Of a stretch of DNA of 64,000 nucleotides, positions 38,119-49,799 are shown in pieces. The first letter of the stretch is position 1, and every line of letters begins with the position of its first letter. The stretch covers positions 71,238,001 to 71,302,000 of the forward strand of contig NC_043000.1 of NCBI RefSeq assembly GCF_006345805.1, in the 5' to 3' direction. Both the position numbers and the translations under genes were made by a program. Under the pieces are notes generated by a model. That model saw only the letters and a list, made by a program, of their open reading frames with translations, was not told where the DNA came from and searched no databases. Source of the stretch: Octopus sinensis (taxonomy: Eukaryota).

Positions 38119-41100
38119 GTTTCAAACCTGTGTACACAAAACAACAATGTGATCAGTATGAATCAAATCCGGTGAGTTACAGCAACTTCAAATCTCGAAC
38201 TTTTAAGTCACAACAACCCCAGAGTGGGGAAAAGTTTAGGCAGCAAATTTCTGGAGATAATATAGTTGGTCGTAAACGTAAACTCCCCACAAAACCAGGC
38301 CGCCACATTTGTCATTTTTGTGGTCTTGGATGTGCTAAGCCAAGTGTGCTTGAGAAACACATCCGATCACATACTGGAGAAAGGCCATACCCTTGTGTGG
38401 CTTGTGGTGTATTCTTCAAAACTAAAAGTAACTTGTACAAGCATAATAAATCACGAGCCCATGCTGTGAAAGCTGGTCTCGGCCAAATCCCCACAAGTAC
38501 ATCATCTGAAATGACAAGTACTGAAGGTGAGGGTGACAATGAAGATGCCAATGAGAGTGAAGAAACACAAACAGAAACAAGTGATACAGATGGAGAAAAT
38601 GAAGAGAAGCAAATGAAACATTTCAGGAAAGAACAATGTTTGTTAGAATTAGATCCTTTACGATTAAAAAGAGGTTATTCTGAATCTGATGCCAAAATAC
38701 GTATTGAGGAATTTCAAGAGAAAAAGTCAACATCTTTAACAGAAAATTGTTTTTTGGGAGATCAGCATCAATCTGTTAATGTTACCAAGATGACTAGTAG
38801 TGGAAGCAGCAACACCACAAATACCGTGGCATCTGTAAATATCCATGGAGAAATAAGCAAAGGTTCATCTTTGGAATTACATACTGATAGTCCACTTCAT
38901 CATTCTGGTAACTTAGATGGTAAATCTAAACTATCAGTTTCAAGTATGACTGGACACACACCTGTTTATTTGCCAGATAAATGCTTCTATGATGTTCCTC
39001 AGATATCTAAATTACCAGAAATCAATTTAAATGAAGAATCTAAAGATGACATTTTGGTACCAGTTGCAGATAATGTAGTTTCTGGAAGTTTACAAAGTTC
39101 TCATGCTAAGGAGTCAGTAAAATCTTTCAACTTTCATGACAAGCAAACTGTGAGTTCCAAAGACCATGTGCCATTATCATTATCTTTACAGCCTTCACAC
39201 AGCAAGTCGCAAGATAAATCTATACATCCCATCAACAAAAGCAGTGAAGAGACAAAAACAATAAGTTCTCTCAGCATCACAGGATCAACACCTACTGATA
39301 AAAAAAGACTTGAGGAGCATATTTTGCAAATCATATCTAAAAATGATACTATTGTAAATACTCCAATGTCTGAACCACCACGTCAGAAAAGGATATTCCG
39401 TCAACACAGTGACCAACCAAACACTTCAGGTTCAAAATTGGAAGAGCTGCCTCAGTCAGTGTCAATGACTAAAGTATCAATACCAAGTATTTTATCAATA
39501 CCCTTGGCTCCAATACCTGATGACAATGATATAAACAAAGATTTATGCCTCAGTCCACAACCTTACTTTACTCCTCTTATTTCTGAAAAGAAGGAAATCT
39601 CAAATCCAAAACTCCCAGAATTACTTTCATCTTCATCTAAGACAGAAAACTTAAATGAAAAACTTTCTTCCACCAACATTTGTTCTGGGCTCCAAGGAAG
39701 CCAAGAAATTAAAATTGAAATTAAGTTGCCTAAAACTGGTTCCAATGTTGTAACTATTGCAACACCATCACAGTCTATCATTGGTAAGCCAAACATGCAA
39801 TTTTCACCTACATCTGTTGTTACTACAGTTGTAAATTCTTCATCTTTTGTAAAAAATCCTGAAAATAGTGTTATTAAAGGCCTTCTTTTGAAAGGTAAGA
39901 CATCTTCTCTGACTTCTCCAACTCCCCCAAGTAGAGTCATTAAGGAAAAATCAAGTAGTGTTGATGAGATAACAACTATGAGAAATGAGTCAACACTCAT
40001 TTCCTTCCAGCGTGAAGATATTGGCACTTATTCTGTGTCAAATGTGTCTTCTGTTTACAGCAAGGCTTCACAACTACAAAAATTTCGACAGTCAAAAAGT
40101 AGTTCATCTTCTACAAGTATGGATTCTCATACTTCCCCTATTACTATAACGGAAAGAAGACCAGACCGACCTGCTCTAGTGAAATGCAGCTCTTTCGAGA
40201 AGGATGTACCACCTGGGTACCTATCTCACAGTTTTTCAAGTGATCGTGAAAGTTCAGTTGATGTTGATTTTGAGAAAGGAGAACGTTTAAAAGATGATAA
40301 ACATGATTCAAATGCTGTTGTATTTAATACTGAAAATTATGACCTGGTGGCACCAAAAAAGAAAGGAAGGCCTAAGGGCTCAAAAAACAAACCAAAGATG
40401 ATGAATGCAACAGTATCAGTGCAAGGTCTATCTTCTACTACTTTAGCTACATCTTCAAGTTCATCACAAAATTCTATTTTACTGGCAACTCTGAAGCAAC
40501 CTTCCCTGCAGCAACCCTACACAGAGCCATCTTGTGATTTGCCTCCTTGGAAGGTAATATTGAAAAATAAACTTATAAAGAGATCTATGAGTACAGAGAG
40601 AATGCTCTCACAAGAAAAAGATTCTGATTCATTCTCTGCACAGTCTACTATAAGTACATCTCCCAGCACAGAAAGTTCTAGTAGCCTTGGACCTGTACGA
40701 GCTTCATCTTTTGAAATGTTAAAGCAGCCTATTGATAATGAACGGAATGAAAGAAACTCACCATTAAAGAAACGTAAAGTTCCAAATGAGTTTCTTCAAT
40801 CTGATCCAATTTCAAGACCTGGAGTAACTCGAGCTGGATCAGAACCATTAATGTCACAAATGGGGCTAAATGCTGCTTCTTCAAAATCTTTATCTGAAAA
40901 ACGCCTTGGCAGTCTACCCGAAACACTGGAGTATAAATATTCTGTTCCTCAAGTGACAAACTCTTTAAATAATCCAATGTGTTCAGGTCCAGTTACAGTA
41001 CCTGTCGTTGTTGCACAACCAATTGTTATCCCAATGAAATTTTCTGATTCTATTCAAAGTGCCCATGTACCTGTCACTTCAGGGTGGAGCAAATTGAACA

Positions 41101-42484
41101 AAGTTGCTTTATCAACACACTGTGATATTCAGTTATCTTTGCCAGCTATTCCAGCCACTTCAACATCAAGCAAACAAATTCTACAGTTACCATTGGTAAC
41201 AAGTCTAGTTGTTTCAAAATTTCCTAAAGACAATAAAATAGAAGCAACAAATCTGACAGAAGAATTCCCATTGTTAAATACTTCAAAAGAATTGTCTACA
41301 AGTGTTAGTAATAGCACTGACATAGTTAGTGAGACAAACACACAACCAGATGTCACTGCTATTGTAGTTCCTGTATCTGCTTGCCAAGCCTCTCTTCTTT
41401 CAGGAGACTCTACTCTAACATCACTTAAAGAAGTCTCAACTGCATCAACAACTGGATGTAATACCTCAAAGCAACAAATTATTACTTCCTTGCGGAGTTT
41501 AACACAAACTACATTTTGTTGTGTTCAGCGTTTGCAACCCATGTATGTTCCACAAGGTGAAAATCAAAAAATTTCGATGTATTCTAACTGGAGGGTTTCA
41601 AAACATACACCACATCCAAGCAATCTTACACCTCAGATGTCCTTATTTCTATACAATTCTAAGAATACAAGTGATCCTATATATTCTGTGGCCAAGAATA
41701 AATCTGAAACAAACGTGACTGAGAGTTCTGAATGGAATTTGTATTCCAAACGAAAACTTCTGCCATTGAGTTCTTCTGTTGTTGAGAAACTTTCCAATGG
41801 AGTGTTAACCATTGATACAACTGTGGCCACAGAAGTTGTCAAACTACCAACAGACATTATGATATCTGATAAAAAAGATATTGGTTTATTGCCACAATCT
41901 GAAAATAAGGTTGACTCTGTACTAACTAATTCCAGTTCAAAAGAAACTGTTACAACCAAAGAACCCAAAAGAGTTCGAATATTTCAAGGTGGCTTTCGTT
42001 CTACTGAAGAGTATACATATATTCGTGGAAGGGGACGAGGGAAATATGTGTGTGAGGAATGTGGCATTCGTTGTAAAAAACCAAGCATGTTGAAAAAGCA
42101 CATCCGCACCCATACAGATTTGCGGCCATACCACTGTAGACATTGTCGTTTTTCTTTCAAGACTAAAGGTAATTTGACTAAGCATATGAAATCAAAAGCT
42201 CACCAAAAGAAATGTTTGGAACTCGGTATTGATCCTGTGCCTATTATTGTTGATGAATCACAAATTGACTCAGAAGCTTTAGCTGCTCAGAGTGCTATAG
42301 CCAAAGAGACTAAGAGCTTGGATGATGAGAATGAAGATGATGAAGAAGATGATGATGATATAGATGATGAAGAAGAAACTGATGATGCTGATGGCCAATT
42401 TTCGGATTCTGAAGAAAGTGCCCGTACAAGCTTTGAAAGAATGGACACTAATGAGACAGTTGATACATCTATTGACAGAGAAAG
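38119..42484 (+). CDS. shn: shn giant exon (4,366 bp): ZAS finger pairs at 38310-38462 and 42051-42203, conserved TTFCCVQRLQPMYV...KISMYSNW block, acidic tract
   Basis: Inside ORF 38058-42488; CACTTTAG acceptor, GAAAG|GTAAAT donor; phase 1 in, phase 2 out. Confidence 0.97.
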
Positions 42485-43531
42485 GTAAATATGTTTGCAG
42501 GAATATTTTATTGTCTTTTAATTTAATGTAATTTCACTATAAAGTAATGGACTGTTGAACTGTAGATGAAAATTCCTTTTCAGTTAGTAAATATAATTTT
42601 ACTTTTCAGAATGATGCAAAAATGTTTTTAAAACATCCTATTTAATGAGCTATTTAGACTTGAAATTATAAAATATGATAGATATTTCCTTTCCGATTTA
42701 TAGCTGGATATATTAATAGTTTGATCTAAAAATTATACTACAAACATATTTGAATGCTAAAAACATTTAGTGGAGGCTTGGTTGATGTATATGAAAGAGA
42801 TAATTTCATTTGTTTGAATATGTGATAAAAATGCATGACTGTATCCTCTTTCAAAGACACTACAATACATTAATTTCCAAATTGTTATACTTGAACTAAT
42901 AGAAATCACTCTTTCATTTCTCTGATCCAAAAGATTTTCCTAGTCTGTGCTTTTCATTTAATGAGTTATTGAAAGATGTGTAGCTGTTGCTGAAGCTAAG
43001 AACAGGGAGTTTTTTTGCCATAGAAGGATTCTGTTTTGAAGGACCAACAGGCAATCATTGTCTCATATCCGTATGCAATCTATTCACATGACTGGTTCTA
43101 ATGAAATCATCCATTTTCCAACTGATTTTGAATAATGCCAATGTTCTGTGGCTTTTTAATGAAACGCTAATTTTACCTGAGTTTTTTCTAAAATTATCTC
43201 AGTAATTGATGATATTTTGAAATGTTTAATTATGATGATTTGAAGTACTGAGTTGAATTGTTTCCCAACTCAGAATTCTTGGTATATGACTAGTTGACCC
43301 TTTTGCTTGATAGCAAAATCCTGTGGTTTACAAAATTCTTTGCAAATAAAATGAGAGGAAACTGATGATTCTGTGAGTTACATCAAAGAAAGAAGAATTT
43401 TTAATATTTTGGGACTGTGGGATGTTTGAATGTTCTTTATTATTACATTTAATTGTTGTGTGCATTTTAAACTTTTTTTTTTTTTGCTTTAATATTCTAA
43501 TAAATATATTTTGGTATTGTTATTTTTGCAG

Positions 43532-43684
43532 TGAATGTGGTATGCCAACACATTCTTCAAGTTTAGATGTTGCTGAAACAAGTCGAATATCAGAAGTTAA
43601 TTCCTCTGAGGTCTCAGAATCTGAGCATGCTAGTGGCTCAGAAATTGCTGTGTCTATGACCTCTGTCTATGTTGGAACATCAGG
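43532..43684 (+). CDS. shn: Probable shn exon, symmetric phase 2/2, 153 bp, Ser/Glu-rich (ECGMPTHSSSLDVAETSRISE...)
   Basis: TTTTTGCAG acceptor, CAGG|GTTAGT donor, open frame matching both neighbouring exons. Confidence 0.65.
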
Positions 43685-43879
43685 GTTAGTAGGCAGTTTC
43701 TTTTATAAATCTGAGGAGATTCTTACATGCCTTCTATGACTGGATGCCCTTTCTAATGCTAACCACTTTACAGAATATACTGGGTACTGTTTTTGTAGCT
43801 CTACAACTGGTGAGATTACCATATAGCTCACAGGACTAAGATCCCCTTCAACTAATTGAAGAGTAAGGAAGCTTTATAC

Positions 43880-44114
43880 GGTGGTGAGCTGGCAGAAACG
43901 TTAGCACGCTGGGCAAAATGCGTAGCCGTATTTCATCTGCCATTACATTCTGAGTTCAAATTCCGCCGAGGTTGACTTTTCCTTTCATCCTTTCGGGGTC
44001 GATAAATTAAGCACCAGTTACGCACCGGGGTCGATGTAATCGACTTAATCCCTCTGTCTGTCCTTGTTTGTCCCCTCTATGTTTAGCCCCTTGTGGGCAA
44101 TAAAGAAATAAGAA
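43880..44114 (+). mobile_element. tRNA-headed SINE family B (GGTGGTGAGCTGGCAGAAACGTTAGC...), first tandem copy
   Basis: B-box GAGTTCAAATTCC; central CCTTTCATCCTTTCGGGGTCGATAAA block; related copies at 8265-8403 (-), 21133-21420 (+), 33865-34080 (+), 49340-49749 (-). Confidence 0.88.
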
Positions 44115-44218
44115 TATACTGGGTACTGTTTTTGTGGCTCTACAACTGGTGAGATTACCATATAGCTCACAGGACTAAGATCCCCTTCAACTAATTGGAG
44201 AATAAGGAAGCTTTATAC

Positions 44219-44450
44219 GGTGGTGAGCTGGCAGAAACGTTAGCATGCCAGGCGAAATGCTTAGTAGTATTTCGTCTGCCATTACGTTCTGAGTTCAAAT
44301 TCCGCCATGGTTGACTTTTCCTTTCATCCTTCCGGGGTCGATAAATTAAGTACCAGTTGCACACTGGGGTCGATGTAATTGACTTAATACCTTTGTTTGT
44401 CCTTGTTTGTCCCCTCTATGTTTAGCCCCTTGTGGGCAATAAAGAAATAA
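44219..44450 (+). mobile_element. SINE family B, second tandem copy
   Basis: Part of a 339-bp tandem duplication (units start at 43772 and 44111). Confidence 0.88.
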
Positions 44451-44974
44451 AGAAGCTTTATGCTAGGTGTTCAGAAGTTAAAGTATGGAAGAAAGGATAG
44501 GAACAGGTTTCTTGCTGTAGAGGAGATACATAGCTACTGCACATTATTTGGGTTAAAACTGGAAAGAGATATAAAGATGGTGGTGACTGGGTGTCAGGGT
44601 GAGCAAACTTCTTTAGTTTATTTATTTTAGACTTGAAGATTTTGGCCATGCTGAATCTTGAGGATATAAAGGGTTTTCTAAATCTAGTCATAAAAAGTAA
44701 TTTTTGACAAATTTTAGTTGTACTTTCAAAAATTATGGAATTACAAGTGGAATTCAATGGACAACCATCTAACTAAAAACTCAGTAGTTCGCATTTATTC
44801 ACAAGTATGATTTTAAGTCTATGACTAAGACATTTAAGATTTGTTGGTTCAGATTACTTAACTATAAACTGGGACCATGTATGTTGTAAGCTGTAGGATC
44901 CCTATATCACTGAGTTTTGACATCAACACAAGGCTGCAAATTTTATGAAAGAGCAAAGTTGATTAAACGGGTGG

Positions 44975-45109
44975 AAGAATACAGTCCCGAGGATTAGGTC
45001 CGGTTCCTGAGCCATTCGCAGTTTCACCCTTTGTTTACGGCATGAACTTACACTTGCATGGCATAAGCTTTGAGACAAGCATATGACTACTGGCAGGATT
45101 AACCAGGTA
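44975..45109 (-). rRNA. Non-functional fragment of the 18S rRNA 5' end (about 135 nt)
   Basis: Reverse complement reads TACCTGGTTAATCCTGCCAGTAGTCATATGCTTGTCTCAAAG...GTGAAACTGCGAATGGCTCA, the universal eukaryotic 18S start with a few substitutions; similarity ends after about 135 nt. Confidence 0.93.
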
Positions 45110-45410
45110 TCACCGACGTTTAGAAACGAAGCGCAGCAGCGATGGAAGCTCGCGAAGCAGCCGCTGCCGCCGATTGGAAAAAAATGAGAAGAGGAATCGG
45201 CGGGCCGAAAACAGAGGCGAGCGCTCATGAGTTCGGCCGCCGTTTGTATACACACGCGCCTCATCCAACGCTGGGGAGGCGAAAACAAACGAGACAACGC
45301 GCGAAGAAGCGTTCGCGGAGTAAAAAACGGTTTGTGCTCCGACTGATTTTAATTGAATCCAGAATGACGAAATGCAAAGTTAAACCAGCAAGAATTTACC
45401 GCGTAGATTG
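45110..45410 (-). other. Putative rDNA 5' external transcribed spacer (ETS) contiguous with the 18S fragment
   Basis: Abrupt GC/CpG-rich block (about 34 CpG in 300 bp by hand count) immediately 5' of the 18S start, inside CpG-poor intron. Confidence 0.7.
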
Positions 45411-45819
45411 TAACTAAATACTGTAAGCCATTTTGTCTGGTGACCCCTTAAAATGCCATATAATGTGCCAATGTTTCATTGGTTTTTTAATATAGAATTA
45501 AAATTCTCTTACAGATTTAAAGAAAGCAATTTTTCTTTTCTTATAGCTATACATCTAAACTAAATTTTTTTGGCTGCTGACTCAGAAACTAAATGACTTA
45601 TTGAACTAAGCATTAACAGGAACCTTAATTTGAGGAAGGAAAGTTCATGCACTTATATTTTACTTCATTTGACTGATAGAATAGTCTTAAGAGTAAAATT
45701 GTTGAAAACTTTTAGTTACTCCTGGTTGTAGTTAATTCATCATGCTTAATCAAAGATTCTAATTATATACAGATATTTCTGTTATGCTTGTTTATTTTCT
45801 TATCAATTATGTTTTTTAG

Positions 45820-45863
45820 ATTGACAGCAACAATTTCCAGTGCATCAGTTGCCATGATCACAG
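45820..45863 (+). CDS. shn: shn 44-bp exon (LTATISSASVAMIT)
   Basis: GTTTTTTAG acceptor, CAG|GTAAGT donor; supplies the phase 2 to phase 1 change needed between flanking exons. Confidence 0.78.
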
Positions 45864-46036
45864 GTAAGTTTTCTTTTTATTCTTTTTGACCCAATACTCA
45901 AATAGCTTCAGTGAAACAATATGATAAGAAAAGCTATACATTATATAAATCCAGTTGTTTTTCTCCAAGGCTAAAATTATGAAATTTGAATCTCATGAAA
46001 TAACATATAAAATATTTAGAGGAGTATGTTGAAAAA

Positions 46037-46274
46037 TTTTTTTTTTTTTTTTTTTTTTGTACTTGTTTCAGTCATTTGACTGCGGCCATGCTGGGGCACC
46101 GCCTTTAGAGTGGTGAAAGAGTACAGCAGGGATCACCACCATCCCCTGCCGGAGCCTCGTGGAGCTTTTAGGTGTTTTCGCTCAATAAACACACACAACG
46201 CCCGGTCTGGGAATCGAAACCGCGATCCTCCGACCGCAAGTCCGCTGCCCTAACCACTGGGCCATTGCGCCTCC
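46037..46274 (-). mobile_element. Young chimeric SINE: distinct tRNA head, family A tail, A22
   Basis: Intact A box (TGGCCCAGTGG) and B box (GGTTTCGATTCCC), CpGs preserved; last about 45 nt match the family A tail; T22 run on + at 46037-46058. Confidence 0.82.
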
Positions 46275-46560
46275 TTATGTTAATTAATTGTAAATAAATA
46301 TTTTTTTCTCCTTTGTATAATCACTATATTCAAGGAATAATATTTCCAAAATTAGTATAGCATTATGAGAGCTTGAATAATGTAGTAGATTAATAGTGTC
46401 CCCCAAAAAATAATAATAATTAGATACCTTGTTATGAGAGGCAGTTATATAATTGAATTCAGTTAAAATTTTTATTGAAAATATCAACAAAATAATGATT
46501 AACATAAATTTTGCATTTAAGTTTGTTTCAACAATTTATTTCCCATTTTTCTTTGGACAG

Positions 46561-46692
46561 GAGTGGCAAACCAATCACAAATTGATAATGAGATTGCTCG
46601 TAGTCTTTTAGATCTATCTCAAAGACAAGTGCAGCCATCAGAAGATACTGCAAAAGAAATTTCAGCCAATGTGGCATCTCATACCAAAACAG
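46561..46692 (+). CDS. shn: shn exon (VANQSQIDNEIARSLLDLSQ...SHTKT), 132 bp
   Basis: CTTTGGACAG acceptor, CAG|GTACAT donor, phase 1/1, open frame. Confidence 0.85.
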
Positions 46693-46745
46693 GTACATTT
46701 ACTAGTTACAAAATGTAAAACATATTTCATTGAAAAAAAACTTTT

Positions 46746-47548
46746 GGATCTTTTCCTTTTGAAGGCCAGATTTCAACACAATTTCTAGTTAACTAGACAC
46801 TTTAAAACTTCGTATACTGGTAGAATGTGTCAAAAGAAAACATTATTTTCACTTGGCTTTCTTGATAAATTTGTAATTCGTTTGTTTAACGTAGTTTAAT
46901 TTTTCGAATTTTAACCAATCCTATGCTCTCTTTTGAGCTAAAATCATTTGCTGCGTCTAAAACTGAGACAACATCCTGTAACTAACCCTCCCCCTCCCCC
47001 TAAATTTTTTTTTCCTAATTGTTAAATTAATTTAATTGTTATGCGTGTAAAAAAAACTAAAGCAATGGAAAATAATTTAAACAATTAACATACAAAAATG
47101 ATTCTATAATTTTTATACACACGCTTTCCGTAACACGCGCTTTCTGTATACATACGGAAAGCGTGTGTATAAAAATTATAGAATTATTTTGTATGTTGTT
47201 TAAATTATTTTCCATTGCTTTAGTTTTTTTTACAGGCGTAACAATTAAATTAATTTAACAATTAAGAAAAAATAAAATTAAGGTTAGGGTTAGGGGGAGG
47301 GAGAGGGTTAGTTACAGGATGTTGTCTCAGTTTTTAGACGCAGCAAATGATTTCAGCTCAAATAGAGGCGATTCATTGGTTAAAATTCGAAAAATTAAAC
47401 TACGTTAAACAAACAAATTACAAATTTATCAAGAAAGCCAAGTGAAAATAATGTTTTCTTTTGACACATTCTACCAGTATACGAAGTTTTAAAGTGTTTA
47501 GTTAACTAGAAATTGTGTTGAAATCTGGCCTTCAAAAGGAAAAGATCC
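46746..47548. mobile_element. 803-bp foldback (near-perfect palindrome) DNA transposon, 8-bp TSD, GG termini
   Basis: Arms 46746-47132 and 47153-47548 are reverse complements around a 20-nt spacer; flanks AAACTTTT / AAACTTTC (7/8). Confidence 0.92.
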
Positions 47549-47699
47549 AAACTTTCTGTTGTAATATTGTAATATTTTAAATCTTGATGCTGTTTATAGT
47601 TGATATACAGTGTATACAAAGAAGTCTATGAAAATATTTCCATTTACTGCAATAAATATTTCCAGTCAGTACAAAAATTTTATTCTGTGATTGCAAGTT

Positions 47700-48900
47700 T
47701 CAAGCCTTAGTTCATCTGCTGTTTTCTTCACTCTAGAAACTTCCCCAGTCCTCAGAATTGACATCACTTCTCTTGAAAGTCATCATATTTAGTTGCTTTT
47801 GTATAAACAGTTCTTCTTGACTTCACTCATCTACATCAATACTGTTTACACAGAGGCTGAATTCTTTGCTTTGTTGAACTGTCTGCTACAGTTGATCTTG
47901 ACACCTCATATTTTTGATCTCTCCTATAAATCCAACTATTACTTTGAAACCACAGTCATTGCTCTTATCCCTTCATTGTCATTTATTTATTTCTTAATTA
48001 AAGCATCAAATTATTGTACAACTTTTGGTCATTCTCTTGTATTTTAAGTCACCTAATTGTTTGGAATTCTGTCAGTTCTATACTAATTCACCTTAACAAC
48101 AAATATACTTCACTTCCTCATCAATGACAGTTAAATGGATTACTGAATCACTCTTTTTCTTGATATATCACTCACTCACTCAATCCAAAACTCATAAATC
48201 ATTCACATGTAGCTATATTTGAGGAAAATACTCCCTGCAACATCAAAAAAAAATTGTTTGCCATCTCCTCTGTGGCATTTACTTATTATTGTGCATGTAT
48301 TATAACCATTAAGAAGGCAAAGAATATCTTTGTATATTACACTTTTGCTACCTATTTTGCTTCCAATTTGATGTTACACACATGCCTTCTTCACTTGATT
48401 TTTATCTCACCCTCAAGTTTATCTAGTTGCCATGTATTGAAACTTTTCCAGTCACTTCATCCTAATAAGGTGATAAATCTTAATGGTGCATTCAACTATC
48501 ATGTTCAAACACTTTCACCTCTAAAATTTTCAAATACTCCATCTCTTATAAGTTTCTATCCAAAATTATGGAAATACTCTTCATAATGTCTTCTCTTCAA
48601 GAGGTGAACTCTAAGTACCAACTGCTTATTTATTATCCTTTCTTTCAATATCTCACACATCTTTTTTTACCTTGTATCTTCACATTCATATGGCTTCTGT
48701 AGAGTCAGATCTCTCTGAGAACTGCTTTATTCCTTCACACATCAGTAGTCTCACATTCTAAAATAACTTCTGAGAAATGTTATTGTTATCATCATAAGCA
48801 AAGCTTTCAGCTGTATCCAGCACTAGAATCTTGCAATAAAACTGCCTAATTATAGGCTCCATCCATTTTTCATCTTTTCTATTGGGGCCTTCCTGTTAGA
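47700..48900 (+). mobile_element. Possible highly decayed Penelope-like RT remnant
   Basis: Only traces (FFLDI, HKSFTCSY resembling FLDV...RKPTFTG.Y); heavily disrupted. Confidence 0.35.
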
Positions 48901-49539
48901 ATGCTCTATTGCAGAGTGCTTTAATGAGGTCTCATCCATGTTCTGTCTTCTTGACTGCTTCTAGGGTTTAGTAATATTTGGCATGTTTTCTCTGTACTTT
49001 GATGCAGTCACTACACCTATGAAAGAAACACACCTACAACTCTACATTTCCCTGCACATAGACAATATACAATTAAAATCTTCAGAAATGCTTAGCCACA
49101 CATTTTCTGATGATCTTTGGTAGAAAACACACATGTATAACATAATTAACACTAACTCTCCAGGATCTAAACAGTTGTTAACCCTCTCTTATTCATATAT
49201 TTTACTAGTGTTTCATTCAGGCCTTTAACAATTCCTACTTACCAATTCTATATTCATCTTGACACACTGGGCAAAATGCTTAGTGACATTTCATCTGGCA
49301 TGCTAGCAATGGTGGTGGTGGTGATACTATCCTCCTCCTTTCTACTATGGCACAAGGTCTGAAATTTAGCAGGACAGGATTAGTCAATTACATCAGTGTT
49401 TTACTGGCACTTAATTTATCAACCCTGAAAGGATGGTGGAATTTGAACTCAGAACATAGCAATGGGTGAAATGTCACTAAGCATTTTGTCCAACATGCTA
49501 ACAATAATGCCAGCTCACCACATTAGCAATAATAATAAT

Positions 49540-49749
49540 CCTCTACTGAAGGCACAAGGCTTGAAATTTGTGGGAAGAGGACTAGTCTATTATATCGAAC
49601 CCAGTGTTTCACTGGTACTTAATTTATCGACCTTGAAAGGATGAAAGGCAAAGTTGACCTCGGCAGAATTTGAACTCAGAACGTAGCAATGGGCGAAATG
49701 CTGCTAAGCATTTCATCCAGCATGCTAACAATTCTGCCAACTCACTGCC
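49540..49749 (-). mobile_element. SINE family B copy (with a second degraded copy at about 49340-49520)
   Basis: Reverse complement of the family B head and core. Confidence 0.8.
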
Positions 49750-49799
49750 TTAATAATAATAATATTTTAAAAGGATTGACATAACTCTTCACAAAAGTA

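Noticed and set aside
46195-46274. tRNA-like sequences with A/B boxes (also about 5700, 43880, 60600)
   Set aside because: They are SINE heads continuing into SINE bodies; no complete cloverleaf.
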